A stretch of 64,000 bases of DNA from Haliotis rufescens (GCF_023055435.1 NW_025964372.1:38626001-38690000), one strand, 5' to 3'; shown: positions 13,046 through 26,465, counted from the stretch's first letter. The notes: generated from the letters alone by a model not told the origin. Made by a program: numbers and translations.

Positions 13046-13529
13046 TTTCCTTTCTCCTGAATTCAGTACAGACATGTCACCTTCGTTCAAAACCTAAATG
13101 CAATAGCTTCATAGATATAGAAATTTAATATATGTTGATTTCATTTTAATCAAATATATATGGTTGTCCCGGAATTAATATACACTGAAGCTCGCGGGAT
13201 GAACTCGGCCATCTGTGGAGCCTGGATCAATTGCAGACGAAATGAGTGTAATGATATATTTCGTATATATTGCTAATGCTAATGACAATAGGGCTGACCA
13301 ACAGTTGACCAGGCATGTTATTTGACATGAAATGCAACTTGGGGTATTATTTGTGAGTACGCTGCTTTAATTTCAAAATACATTTATTAAAATTGCACAC
13401 AAAGCTAACACTAAAAGACCTTTTTTCATGATGCGCTTCATTAGAATTAACATTCAGTGGGATAGACAACATCTTGTCAAATATACGAGATGAATATAAC
13501 AGTCGTATTTATAACAAAGCCATGGCAGG

Positions 13530-13573
13530 GTCACGTGATTTCCTCAGTCACAATGTGGGCCTCTGCTATAAAG
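13530..13573 (+). promoter_or_regulatory. Candidate core promoter of FABP-like gene 2: E-box GTCACGTGAT (13530-13539) and TATAAAG (13567-13573)
   Basis: TATA lies ~95 nt upstream of ATG 13665; the E-box is palindromic and of bHLH-ZIP type. Confidence 0.55.
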
Positions 13574-13664
13574 GGTTAACGAGACTATACGTGAATCACA
13601 TGCCAGCCCACCTCACTAGCTCTTCGCTGTGCTGTTTGTTTGCATCGATACCTAAATCAGTATA

Positions 13665-16600
13665 ATGGCTGCGACGCTAGGCAAGTGGCAGTGCTGCCCT
13701 GAGCTCACGACGGGATTCGCGGACTTTATGGACGCTATCGGTGAGTGGTTATTATCATAACTGTTTTGTTAATTTTTTAAAGATTGAAAATATGTTTAAT
13801 ATATCATCGTCACTTTTAACATGAATTAATCATGTTAAATTGCCTATATTTCAAATATAATTTCGGCGTTTTATAGGTACAGTTTATCAACACAAAATAT
13901 CCAACTTAAACATAATTAAAAATCTGAAAAGGACCTGAATTCCTATAAACGCTATAGCTCTACTATATTTTACGCGGATAAGGCCTGCTGGCGAACATCT
14001 TCAGGCGAATGTCAACGTGTGAATTACAACGGTACAGTACACTCTGGAGAGTTGGAAACATACATAAAACGACAGAGAGGGTAAATTTCACTTTTTTATT
14101 TCGTGACAAGCGTTTGGATTATTAAAAAAAACGGTGCAATAATCTTTTTTTACAAGAAACGAAACGACTGTTTTAGATAAAACTTCGGATAAATGACACA
14201 GAGGCAATCATGACGGTGGTTACAGGATACAGGTTGGATGATGCATATATGCTTTAAAATATTACATAATGCCAAAAAATTACATCATCCGAAAATAAGC
14301 CAGCAGGTTATTGGGCTATTTATAACGTCAAAAGATGTTGGAAATGTTATGTAATGGCATGTCGACTGACTCACAATGTCCCGTCGTGTTGTGCGTGGTG
14401 TGTGTGGGCCTAGAAAACAACGAGTGAACTTGAGTCAATATTCAGGCAAGTTGTTATGGTGGAAGAACGGGATAACAAACAGGTTTCACTCTGACGCTCG
14501 ACAAATCATGTGAGCTCAGTTCGTCTGCCTGGAACTTAGATAGAGGACACAACATTTCCCCAACACCGACCTGACATGGCCGCGTAGTGTCAACAAGGCC
14601 ACTGCCCCGTCAACGACAGCAGGTAGGAATCCCCGTAATAGGTGATAGCGTTCATAGGGATGCATTTTTGAAAATGAATTTGGTTTTCATTAACCAAGAT
14701 TAAGGTATTTTAATTATCTAGGTTGTGAAAATAATCCCGATAAAGTTGAAATCTGGAAAACAAATTCATACATTTTTTTAACAAATTTCCAGATTTGTGT
14801 TTTGACTTGATCCGACATCTTCCCGAGGCAAGCGTTTCCACATACCTGTATCAAATCTTAGTTTCTGTTTTCGATACGAGACTTTGATAAATGGCTAGTG
14901 GACGCTCTTGCCTCTGGAAGATGTTGATCCGACTGCTCGGATATGGTGTGGTGCCCAAGTCGTCTAAGGCGCCGCGATTCCCTGTGCAGAGTTGCGTCCC
15001 TTGGGCACACCAGAAACCTATGATTGTGGGTTCGAATCACCGGTTCGCCACGATTATGGTTCTAGGTTTGTCAGCACCATACCCGTGCTCGTGGATTTCA
15101 CCGAAGTGGTAAACGTCTGAGACCTGCATCACTTCGGGCTTTCCTCCCACTTTAAGCTGACACGCCGGAATACTATTAAAAGCGGCGTTAAACCCAACGC
15201 ACTCTCTCACTCGTATGTGTGATGGTACTTAGCAGATATCTTTATTTCTACCGCTACTTTTTCGGGGGAGTTCAGTCTAACGTGAATACTTGACCGGGAG
15301 AGTTTCTCAGTGAATTTAAATAAGATAGATACTTTAGCCTCACTGACATTCGTGTCTGCAAGTATAGTTTGCATCCAGTTTGCTAGATTTGCCGTGGTCT
15401 TAATGTAGCAGCCATCTCCCCTCGCTCACACCAACTTTGCTAGTCTTGCCCTGGTCTTAATCTTGCAGAGATCTCCCCTCGCTCACATCCAGTTTGCTAG
15501 GCTTCGTCCCGGTCTTAATCTAGCAGTGATCTCCCCTCGCTTACATCCAGGTTGCTAGGCTTGCCCTGGTCTTAGCCTAGCAGAGATCTCCCCTCGCTTA
15601 CATCCAGGTTGCTAGGCTTGCCCTGGTCTTAATCTAGCAGAGATCTCCCCTCGCTCACATCCAGTTTGCTAGACTTGCCCTGGTCTTAATGAAGCAGAGA
15701 TCTCCCCTCGCTTACATCCAGTTTGCTAGGCTTGCTCTGGTCTTAATGTAACAGCGATCTCCCCTCGCTTACATCCAGTTTGCTAGGCTTCGTCCTGGTC
15801 TTAATGTAGCAGAGATCTCCCTTCGCTTACATCCAGGTTGCTAGGCGTGTCCTGGTCTTAATCTAGCAGAGGTCTCCCCTCGCTTACACCCAGGCTGCTA
15901 GGCGTGCCCTCGTCTTAATGTAACTGCGATCTCCCCTCGCTTACATCCAGGTTGCTAGGCTTGCTCTGGTCTTAATCTAGCAGAGATCTCCCCTCGCTTA
16001 CATCCAGGTTGCTAGATTTGCCGTGGTCTTAATGTAGCAGCCATCTCCCCTCGCTCACACCCAGTTTGCTAGTCCTGCCCTGGTCATAATGTAACAGCGA
16101 TCTCCCCTCGCTTACATCCAGTTCGCTAGGCTTCGTCCTGGTCTTAATCTAGCAGAGATCTCCCCTCGCTTACATCCAGGTTGCTAGGCGTGTCCTGGTC
16201 TTAATCTAGCAGAGATCTCCCCTCGCTTACATCCAGGCTGCTAGGCTTGCCCTGGTCTTAGTCTAGCAGAGATCTCCCCTCGCTTACATCCAGGTTGCTC
16301 GGCTTGCCCTGGTGTTTATCTAGCAGCGGTCTTACCTCACGCTTACATCAACTTTGCTAGAATTGCAGTGGTTTAAATCTTGCAGCGATCGTCCTCTCGT
16401 AACAAATGTTATATTTGGGATAACACTTTCTGAGTAAAGTACAGATTCTCGTACCTTTTTGGGTTGAGTCCCGTCCAAAATTCGAACCCACACTGCCAGA
16501 GTAAGGCACCTAGTTGCCAGCGCACAAAGTCAGCGATCTAACCCACTCAGCCACCGAGGCTTCCACAAAAATGAAAGTCCCACAACATTACTGGTAGTCT

Positions 16601-19600
16601 AGATCACGTACTTTGTGTACCCCTCTGACAAGTGTAAATCTGTACTTTAGTGTAATCCCAAATGTAACATTTGTTACCTCTGACCACTTTCTAAATGGCA
16701 TTGTGTGTTGATCGTCCTCTCGTTTACATCAAATTTGCGAGACTTGTCCTGGTCTAAATCTAGTAATGATCTTCTTCTTGGTTAAACACAGACTTGCTCT
16801 GGTCTAAATACAGCTTCGGTCTCCCTCTCTCTTACACTCGGATTGGTAAACTTGCCCGAGTCTATATCTAGCATCGGTCTCCTCTCGCTTAAACAAATTT
16901 CCAAGACGTGACGTGGTGTAGATATAGCATCGATCTTCCATCAAGGAATCAAGGTTGCTAGACTTGATCAATTGTACATACTAATAAATCTCGATTGATA
17001 ATATGGCCGTTTAATCTGGAGACGAATCGAATCTAATTTCTGGCGGTTTTGTTTTATAACAGGGGCATTGGATGAAGAGCGGAAGGCATCCCAGGGTTCG
17101 CCATTCACAATGGAGATGTCCCGTGACGGTGACACTTGGGACGTGGACGTGTTTTACCCAAACAACGCAGCTTTCTCCCGGAAATACTCGTTTAAGTCCG
17201 GCGTGGAGTTCAACTACCCCGGACACTCCCCTGGCCACGCAGTGACGGTAGGTAGACGTTCCCCTGGCCACACAGTGTCCGTAGGTAGACGTTCCCCTGG
17301 CCACGCAGTGACTGTAAGTAGACGTTCCCCTACCCACACAGTGACTGTAAGTAGATGTTCCCCTAGCCACACAGTGACTTTAAGTAGATGTTCCCCTAGC
17401 CACGCAGTGACTGTAAGTAGACGTTCTCCTGGCCACACAGTGACTGTAAGAAGACGTTCCCCTAGCCACTCAGTGACTGTAAGTAGACGTTCCCCTAGCC
17501 ACACAGTGACTGTAAGTAGATGTTCCCCTAGCCACGCAGTGACTGTAAGTAGATGTTCCCCTAGCCACACAGTGACTCTAAGTAGATGTTCCCCTAGCCA
17601 CACAGTGACTGTAAGTAGACGTTCTCTTGGCCGCGCAGTGACTGTAAGTAGATGTTCCCGTGGCCACACAGTGACTGTAAGTAGACGATCCCATAGCCAC
17701 ACAGTGACTGTAAGTAGATGTTCCCCTAGCCACAAGTGACTGTAAGTAGACGTTCTCCTGGCCACACAGTGACTGTAAGTAGACGTTCTCCTGGCCACAC
17801 AGTAACTGTAAGTAGACGTTCTCCTGGCCACACAGTGACTGTAAGTAGACGTTCCCCTAGCCACACAGTGACTGTAAGTAGATGTTCCCCTAGCCACACA
17901 GCGACTGTAAGTAGATGTTCCCCTAGCAACACAGTGACTGTAAGTAGATGTTCCCCTAGCCACACAGTGACTTTAAGTAGATGTTCCCCTAGCCACGCAG
18001 TGACTGTAAGTAGACGTTCTCCTGGCCACACAGTGACTGTAAGAAGACGTTCCCCTAGCCACTCAGTGACTGTAAGTAGACGTTCTCCTGGCCACACAGT
18101 AACTGTAAGTAGACGTTCCCCTAGCCACACAGTGACTGTAAGTAGATGTTCCCCTAGCCACACAGTGACTGTAAGTAGACGTTCCCCTGGCCACACAGTG
18201 ACTGTAAGTAGACGTTCTCCTGGCCACGCAGTGACTGTAAGTAGACGTCCCGCTAGCCACACAGTGACTGTAAGTAGATGTTCTCCTGGCCACACAGTGA
18301 CTGTAAGTAGATGTTCCCCTAGCATTACAGTGACTGTAAGTAGACGTTCTCCTGGCCACACAGTGACTGTAAGTAGACGTTCCCCTAGCCCCACAGTGAC
18401 TGTAAGTAGACGTTCCCCTAGCCACACAGTGACTGTAAGTATACGTTTTCCTGGCCACACAGTGACTTTAAGTAGACGTTCCCCTGACCACACAGTGACT
18501 GTAAGTAGACGTTCTCCTGGCCACACAGTGACTCTAAGTAGACGTTCCCCTAGCCACACAGTGACTGTAAGTAGAAGTTCCCCTAGCCACACAGTGACTG
18601 TAAGTAGACGTTCCCCTAGCCACACAGTGACTGTAAGTAGACGTTCCCCTAGCCACACAGGGGCTGTAAGTAGATGTTCCCCTAGCCACACAGTGACTGT
18701 AAGTAGATGTTCCCCTGGCCACACAGTGACTGTAAGTAGACGTTCCCCTGGCCACGCAGTAATAGTAAGGGGACGTTCTCCTGGCCACACAGTGACTGTA
18801 AGTAGACGTTCCCCTAGCCACACAATGACTGTAAGTAGATGTTCCCCTAGCCACACAGTGACTGTAAGTAGATGTTCCCCTAGCTACACAGTGACTGTAA
18901 GTAGACGTTCCCGTGGCCACACAGTGACTATAAGTAGACGTTCCCCTAGCCACAGAGTGACTATAAGTAGACTTTCTCCTGGCCACACAGTGACTGTAAG
19001 TAGACGTTCCCCTAGCCACACAGTGACTGTAAGTAGACGTTCTCCTGGCCACACAGTGACTGTAAGTAGACGTTCCCCTAGCCACACAGTGACTGTAAGT
19101 AGATGTTCCCCTAGCCACACAGTGACTGTAAGTAGACGTTCTCCTGGCCACACAGTGACTGTAAGTAGACGTTCCCCTAGCCACACAGTGACTGTGAGTA
19201 GATGTTCCCCTAGCCACACAGTGACTGTAAGTAGACGTTCCCCTGGCCACACAGTGACTGTAAGTAGACGTTCTCCTAGCCACGCAGTGACTGTAAGTAG
19301 ACGTTCCCCAAGCCACACAGTGACTGTAAGTAGACGTTCCCCTAGCCACACAATGACTGTAGAATACGTTCCGCTAGCCACACAGTGACTGTAAGTAGAT
19401 GTTCCCCTAGCCACACAGTGACTGTAAGTAGACGTTCCCGTGGCCACACAGTGACTGTAAGAAGACGTTCTCCTGGCCACGCAGTGACTGTAAGTAGACG
19501 TTTTCCTGGCCACACAGTGACTGTAAGTAGACGTTCCCCTAGCCACACAGTGATGTGAAGTAGACGTTCTCCTGGCCACATAGAGACTGTAAGTAGACGT

Positions 19601-22600
19601 TCCCCTAGCCACACAGTGACTATAAGTAGACGTTCCCCTAGCCCCACAGTGACTGTAAGTAGACGTTCCCCTAGCCACACAGTGACTGTAAGTATACGTT
19701 TTCCTGGCCACACAGTGACTTTAAGTAGACGTTCCCCTGACCACACAGTGACTGTAAGTAGACGTTCTCCTGGCCACACAGTGACTCTAAGTAGACGTTC
19801 CCCTAGCCACACAGTGACTGTAAGTAGACGTTCCCCTAGCCACACAGTGACTGTAAGTAGACGTTCCCCTAGCCACACAGTGACTGTAAGTAGACGTTCC
19901 CCTAGCCACACAGGGGCTGTAAGTAGATGTTCCCCTAGCCACACAGTGACTGTAAGTAGATGTTCCCCTGGCCACACAGTGACTGTAAGTAGACGTTCCC
20001 CTGGCCACGCAGTAATAGTAAGGGGACGTTCTCCTGGCCACACAGTGACTGTAAGTAGACGTTCCCCTAGCCACACAATGACTGTAAGTAGATGTTCCCC
20101 TAGCCACACAGTGACTGTAAGTAGATGTTCCCCTAGCTACACAGTGACTGTAAGTAGACGTTCCCGTGGCCACACAGTGACTATAAGTAGACGTTCCCCT
20201 AGCCACAGAGTGACTATAAGTAGACTTTCTCCTGGCCACACAGTGACTGTAAGTAGACGTTCCCCTAGCCACACAGTGACTGTAAGTAGACGTTCTCCTG
20301 GCCACACAGTGACTGTAAGTAGACGTTCCCCTAGCCACACAGTGACTGTAAGTAGATGTTCCCCTAGCCACACAGTGACTGTAAGTAGACGTTCTCCTGG
20401 CCACACAGTGACTGTAAGTAGACGTTCCCCTAGCCACACAGTGACTGTGAGTAGATGTTCCCCTAGCCACACAGTGACTGTAAGTAGACGTTCCCCTGGC
20501 CACACAGTGACTGTAAGTAGACGTTCTCCTAGCCACGCAGTGACTGTAAGTAGACGTTCCCCAAGCCACACAGTGACTGTAAGTAGACGTTCCCCTGGCC
20601 ACACAATGACTGTAGAATACGTTCCGCTAGCCACACAGTGACTGTAAGTAGATGTTCCCCTAGCCACACAGTGACTGTAAGTAGACGTTCCCGTGGCCAC
20701 ACAGTGACTGTAAGAAGACGTTCTCCTGGCCACGCAGTGACTGTAAGTAGACGTTTTCCTGGCCACACAGTGACTGTAAGTAGACGTTCCCCTAGCCACA
20801 CAGTGATGTGAAGTAGACGTTCTCCTGGCCACATAGAGACTGTAAGTAGACGTTCCCCTAGCCACACAGTGACTATAAGTAGACGTTCTCCTGACCACAC
20901 AGTGACTGTAAGTAGACGTTCCCCTAGCCACACAGTGACTGTAAGTAGACGTTCTCCTGGCCACACAGTGACTGTAAGTAGATGTTCCCCTAGCAACACA
21001 GTGACTGTAAGTAGACGTTCTCCTGGCCACACAGTGACTGTAAGTAGACTTCTCCTGGCCACACAGTGACTGTAAGTAAATATTCCCCTGACCACACAGT
21101 GACTGTAAGTAGACGTTCTCCTGGCCACACAGTGACTGTAAGTAGACGTTCCCCAAGCCACACAGTGACTGTAAGTAGACGTTCCCCTGGCCACACAGTG
21201 ACTGTAAGTAGACGTTCCCCTGGCCACACAGTGAATGTAAGTAGACGTTCCCCTAGCCACACAGTGACTGTAAGTAGACGTTCTCCTGGCCACACAGTGA
21301 CTGTAAGTAGACGTTCCCCTAGCCACACAGTGACTGTAAGTAGACGTTCCCCTGGCCACACAGTGACTGTAAGTAGACGTTCTCCTGGCCACACAGTGAC
21401 TGTAAGTAGACGTTCCCCTAGCCACACAGTGACTGTAAGTAGACGTTCTCCTGGCCACACAGTGACTGTAAGTAGACGTTCCCCTAGCCACACAGTGACT
21501 TTAAATAGACGTTCCCCTAGCCACACAGTGACTGTAAGTAGACGTTCTCCTGGCCACGCAGTGACTGTAAGTAGACGTTCTCCTGGCCACGCAGTGACTG
21601 TAAGTAGATGTTCCCCTAGCAACACAGTGAATGTAAGTAGACGTTCTCCTGGCCACACAGTGACTGTAAGTAGACGTTCCCTAGCCACACAGTGACTGTA
21701 AGTAGACGTGTTCCTAGCCACACAGTGACTGTAAGTAGATGTTCCCGTGGCCACAAGTGACTGTAAGTAGACGTTCCCCTGGCCTCGCAGTAATAGTAAG
21801 TAGACGTTCTCCTGGCCACACAATGACTGTAAGTAGACGTTCCCCTAGCCACACAATGACTGTAAGTAGACGTTCCCCTAGCCACACAGTGACTGTAAGT
21901 AGATGTTCCCCTAGCCACACAGTGACTGTAAGTAGACGTTCCCGTGGCCACACAGTGACTGTAAGTAGACGTTCTCCTGGCCACACAGTGACTGTAAGTA
22001 GACGTTCTCCTGGCCACACAGTGACTGTAAGTAGACGTTCCCCTAGCCCCACAGTGACTGTAAGTAGACGTTCCCCTAGCCACACAGTGACTGTAAGTAT
22101 ACGTTTTCCTGGCCACACAGTGACTTTAAGTAGACGTTCCCCTGACCGCACAGTGACTGTAAGTAGACGTTCTCCTGGCCACACAGTGACTCTAAGTAGA
22201 CGTTCCCCTACCCACACAGTGACTGTAAGTAGACGTTCCCCTAGCCACACAGTGACTGTAAGTAGACGTTCCCCTATCCACACAGTGACTGTAAGTAGAC
22301 GTTCCCCTAGCCACACAGGGGCTGTAAGTAGACGTTCCCCTAGCCACACAGTGACTGTAAGTAGACGTTCCCCTAGCCACACAGTGACTGTAAGTAGACG
22401 TTCTCCTGGCCACACATAGACTGTAAGTAGACGTTCTCCTGGCCACACAGTGACTGTAAGTAGACGTTCTCCTGGCCACGCAGTGACTGTAAGTAGACGT
22501 TCTCCTAGCCACACAGTGACTGTAAGTAGACGTTCCCCTAGCCACACAGTGACTGTAAGTAGACGTTCCCCTGGCCACACAGTGTCGGTAGGTAGACGTT

Positions 22601-25600
22601 CCCCTGGCCACACAGTGACTGTAAGTAGACGTTCCCCTAGCCACACGGTGACTGTAAGTAGACGTTCCCCTAGCCACACGGTGACTTTAAGTAGATGTTC
22701 CCCTAGCCACACAGTGACTGTAAGTAGACGTTCACCTAGCCACACAGTGACTGTAAGTAGACGTTCCCCTAGCCACACAGTGAATGTAAGTAGACGTTCC
22801 CCTAGCCACACAGTGACTGTAAGTAGATGTTCCCCTGGCCACACAGTGACTGTAAGTAGACGTTCCCCTGGCCACACAGTGACTGTAAGTAGACGTTCCC
22901 CTGGCCACGCAGTAATAGTAAGTAGACGTTCTCCTGGCCACACAGTGACTGTAAGTAGACGTTCCCCTAGCCACACAATGACTGTAAGTAGACGTTCCCC
23001 TAGCCACACAGTGACTGTAAGTAGATGTTCCCCTAGCCACACAGTGACTGTAAGTAGACGTTCTCCTGGCCACACAGTGACTGTAAGTAGACGTTCCCCT
23101 AGCCACACAGTGACTGTAAGTAGATGTTCCCCTAGCTACACAGTGACTGTAAGTAGACGTTCCCGTGGCCACACAGTGACTGTAAGTAGACGTTCTCCTG
23201 GCCACGCAGTGACTGTATGTAGACGTTCTCCTGGCCACGCAGTGACTGTAAGTAGACGTTCCCCTAGCCAAACAGTGACTGTAAGTAGACGTTTCCCTAG
23301 CCACACAGTGACTGTAAGTAGATGTTCCCCTAGCCACGCAGTGACTGTAAGTAGACGTTCCCCTGGCCACACAGTGACTGTAAGTAGACGTTCTCCTGGC
23401 CACACAGTGACTGTAAGTAGACGTTCCCCTGGCCACACAGTGACTGTAAGTAGACGTTCCCCTGGCCACACAGTGACTGTAAGTAGACGTTCCCCTAGCC
23501 ACACAGTGACTGTAAGTAAATATTCCCCTGACCACACAGTGACTGTAAGTAGACGTTCTCCTGGCCACACAGTGACTGTAAGTAGACGTTCCCCTAGCCA
23601 CGCAGTGACTGTAAGTTGACGTTCCCCTGGCCACGCAGTGACTGTAAGTATACCTCATGATCATCGGAAATAAATTACGAGGGGACTCATGTAAGGCGAG
23701 GCATGGCATATGCTACAAGGCGTCACGGTTGCATTGAGACGACACGCAGCTTCGAGTACTGATGATTCCGCCGCTTGTTTCAAACATGTGAGTGAGTGGG
23801 TGAGTGAGTGAGTGAGTGAGTGAGTGAGTATGGTTTTACGCCGCTTTTAGCACTATTCAGGCAATATCACGGCGGGGAAACCACCCATGTTGGTAATCGA
23901 CCCCGGGTCTTCGGCGTGACGCGCGAACGCTGTAACCACGAGGCTCCCCCGCCACCTTCAATCGTGAAATAACATTATAAATTAATTTGATGTCAACGTT
24001 ATTTTTCGCCTCGTGTCAATCGATCCTGATTGAAAACAAAGGTATGGTGGATAACAGATCCAAGGTATTCATCATAACAGATCTGACATTTATTACACTG
24101 GTAAATCGAGGAAGTAATTACATTACTTAACGTCAAATGAACAAAATTACTTTTAATGAAATAAAATAATGCGCGTGATTAGATGTTCTTGTAATCACGG
24201 ACAATTATCATCGCCGCAAATTAACGGTTGTTTTTGTATATTTAGACTACGTTCCTCCCTTACTTACGGAAGCCCATTAGGGCCATCTATATCATTTGTA
24301 TTCTTGAAAACTGAAGATGCTAATTTGAAAATTCAAGCTACCATGTTGATGATACTGTTTAAAATTCGTAATACCTTTTTGAATTAAAGATATTAAACTA
24401 ATGCTTTAACATTGTTATTGGACTAGTACCTTGGACTTTCACCATACTATCTTGAAATGTGAATATATAACCTTTACATTTGAACATCCTATCTAGTTTT
24501 TTTCTATTATTTTGTTTAAGAAGATATCGCCTTGCTCGTATCCCGTACTTTCTCGTGAATACACGTGGTGTCGTATCTATTTTTAGTAAGCCCATGAAAA
24601 GAGACCGTTCATTATTCTGGGATTTCAAATGAGCACTGATCCTTGCAAGATCCGTGTGCGATGCGTGTCACGGCGGGGGACACCAGAAAATGGGCTTCAC
24701 ACATTGTACCTATGTCGGGAATCGAACCCGGGTCTTCGGCGTGACGAGCGAACGCTTTGAACACTAGGCTACCTGACCGCCCCCGATGCGTAGAGTACAT
24801 ATTGATAAGCGCGAAGAATTACCGTTTGTGCATCTTCCCGAGGCAAGAGAGTTAACTGACTTTAAAAGTCCAGTTTCCACCCTTGCCGAACTAGGCTGGT
24901 ATTATGGAGTCACAGTTTGGCTGCACTAACGAGTCTATGCATAGTTCAATCAAAATCTCGCAACAAAATCGAAATTCGGTTTGAAAACTGTCTTGCACAT
25001 TTCGGTCGATTGCAGGATTTGCAAAGCATGTGCACCGCCAACTCGTTGTCAACAGATATTTTCCAAACCTTTTAATGATTTTAATCAAGGTGCTCGCATG
25101 ATTTGATGCACTTCGCGATGTAAGACCCGTTTTATCACAATATAGATCTTGAGTATCGATCGGATCGTCTTGACTGGGCGCCGCCATTTTTTTGGAAACA
25201 AATGCAAGTGATGGAATCTGATTGGTCCATAGGAGAGGCTTAGAAGGGACATAACTCGTAATAACCACGGGTGGCGTTACGATCGAGCCCAGGAATTCCA
25301 GCCTAGTTCGGCAAGGGTGGCAACTGGACTTTTAAAGTCAGTTAACTCTCTTGCCTCGGGAAGATGCCGTTTGTGATCTGTAAGTGTGAGCTCTCATTGG
25401 TCGAAGTACTGGAAGGCCTACCTCTCGTTGGAACCAGGCTTTTCCGGACGTATGTATTCGCGGGTGATGGGGGGAAGGCAGTGTATAGGTACCTGGGAAG
25501 TATTACCGATGGTACAATTATCTGTGACTATGTTCTGAATTGTCAGGGCGTGGTCGTAGTCGACGGTGACGTGCTGACCAGCAAGATGAAGTTTTCGATC

Positions 25601-26465
25601 GATGGCGAGGTGAAGCGGGAGTGGGAGACAGACACACGGGTAGTCGGAGACTACCTGGAATACGTGAGTATTTATTTATTGTTTGTTTGTTGTTTAACGC
25701 GCACTCACCAATATTCCAGCTGTATGAGGGCGGCCTGTAAACAGTCAGACATTCCTGTGATTGACATCATGAGCATAGATCTATGCAATTGGGATATGAT
25801 GGCATGCATCAATCAAGTCAAGGAGTCTGACAACACGACCCCGTAGTCGCTTCTTACAAAATTCATGGGAGTATTTAATAAATCTGATATTTGGCAACGC
25901 GAATCACATTCTGTTTCCTTCAACCTCAGATTAAACGAAAAGAGTTACAAAAAGAAAAAACGAGGGAAAAAACGATAAAAAACTACTTAGATTGCCTAAG
26001 CATGATAATTCAACGGAAGATGCGACTTAATTGATGCGTGGTCAAACTCACTGACTTGGTTGATTGCGTGTCATCGTATCTCGGCGGGGTGGAAGGTTGC
26101 TCATAATATCCATCACTGGTTTGTCTGATGATTTACAGGCGCCGTCCTATAAGTGGAATATTGCTGAATCAGCAAACAGAAATACAATAACTTTCAATGT
26201 CACGGCGTAGGAGCAGTGGGTGGGTTTGACGCCGCTCTGGACAATGTCAGCTTAATCTGGGAGTAAAGGCTAAATCGACGCAGGATATCTGGGTTTTTTT
26301 CTTTAAAAAACATTGTTCCCGAAAATGCTTGAATGAAATAATGTGTGCTCTGGTTTTAAACCGAAACGTTCTGCCAGGCGTATATGACATTTGTCCCATT
26401 TATTGTTTCTTCAGAAAAGCATATTCAAGGGAAAGGAGATGGTTCACAAGCTAAAGAAGATATGA
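13665..26465 (+). CDS. FABP-like lipid-binding protein, 4 exons (13665-13740, 17063-17247, 25547-25663, 26415-26465), 142 aa
   Basis: Spliced product: MAATLGKWQCCPELTTGFADFMDAIG/ALDEERKASQGSPFTMEMSRDGDTWDVDVFYPNNAAFSRKYSFKSGVEFNYPGHSPGHAVT/GVVVVDGDVLTSKMKFSIDGEVKREWETDTRVVGDYLEY/KSIFKGKEMVHKLKKI*. It has the GxW motif, DGDTW and FKxGxEF, the canonical FABP intron phases 1,0,0 and GT-AG boundaries. AATAAA at 26703-26708. Confidence 0.88.
14816..14923. mobile_element. 108-bp mini-MITE of the CATCTTCC family in FABP intron 1
   Basis: 17-bp TIR; perfect 9-bp TSD TTGATCCGA. Confidence 0.85.
14950..15212 (+). mobile_element. SINE family C
   Basis: Close homolog of 5258-5490 with the same tail. 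Confidence 0.8.
15370..16970. repeat. 57-bp minisatellite, interrupted at ~16405-16705 by a tRNA-like repeat (family E)
   Basis: Unit CTTACATCCAGGTTGCTAGGCTTGCCCTGGTCTTAATCTAGCAGAGATCTCCCCTCG; degenerate after 16710. Confidence 0.9.
17228..23652. repeat. 33-bp minisatellite (~195 units) derived from the FABP exon2/intron2 junction
   Basis: Unit TCCCCTAGCCACACAGTGACT|GTAAGTAGACGT; the first unit is the true exon end. Confidence 0.97.
23789..23955 (-). mobile_element. SINE family A, internally deleted
   Basis: Same head and tail as the 9804 copy. Confidence 0.8.
24667..24783 (-). mobile_element. SINE family A, tail-less
   Basis: Homology to the 9804 copy. Confidence 0.8.
24831..25366. mobile_element. 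MITE with CATCTTCC termini, ~65-bp TIRs and 9-bp TSD
   Basis: Near-perfect TIRs; TSD CCGTTTGTG (24822-24830, 25367-25375). Confidence 0.9.

Noticed and set aside
13565-13580. piggyBac-like end AAAGGGTTAA
   Set aside because: No matching left TIR found; better explained as the TATA region of the FABP gene.
10680-23652. CRISPR-like regular repeats
   Set aside because: Head-to-tail units with no unique spacers, no cas genes, and a eukaryotic context.
17736-23709. Long ORFs (up to 550 aa) on both strands, resembling an RS-rich or mucin protein
   Set aside because: They result from a stop-free 33-bp unit, are broken by random frameshifts and lie within a FABP intron.
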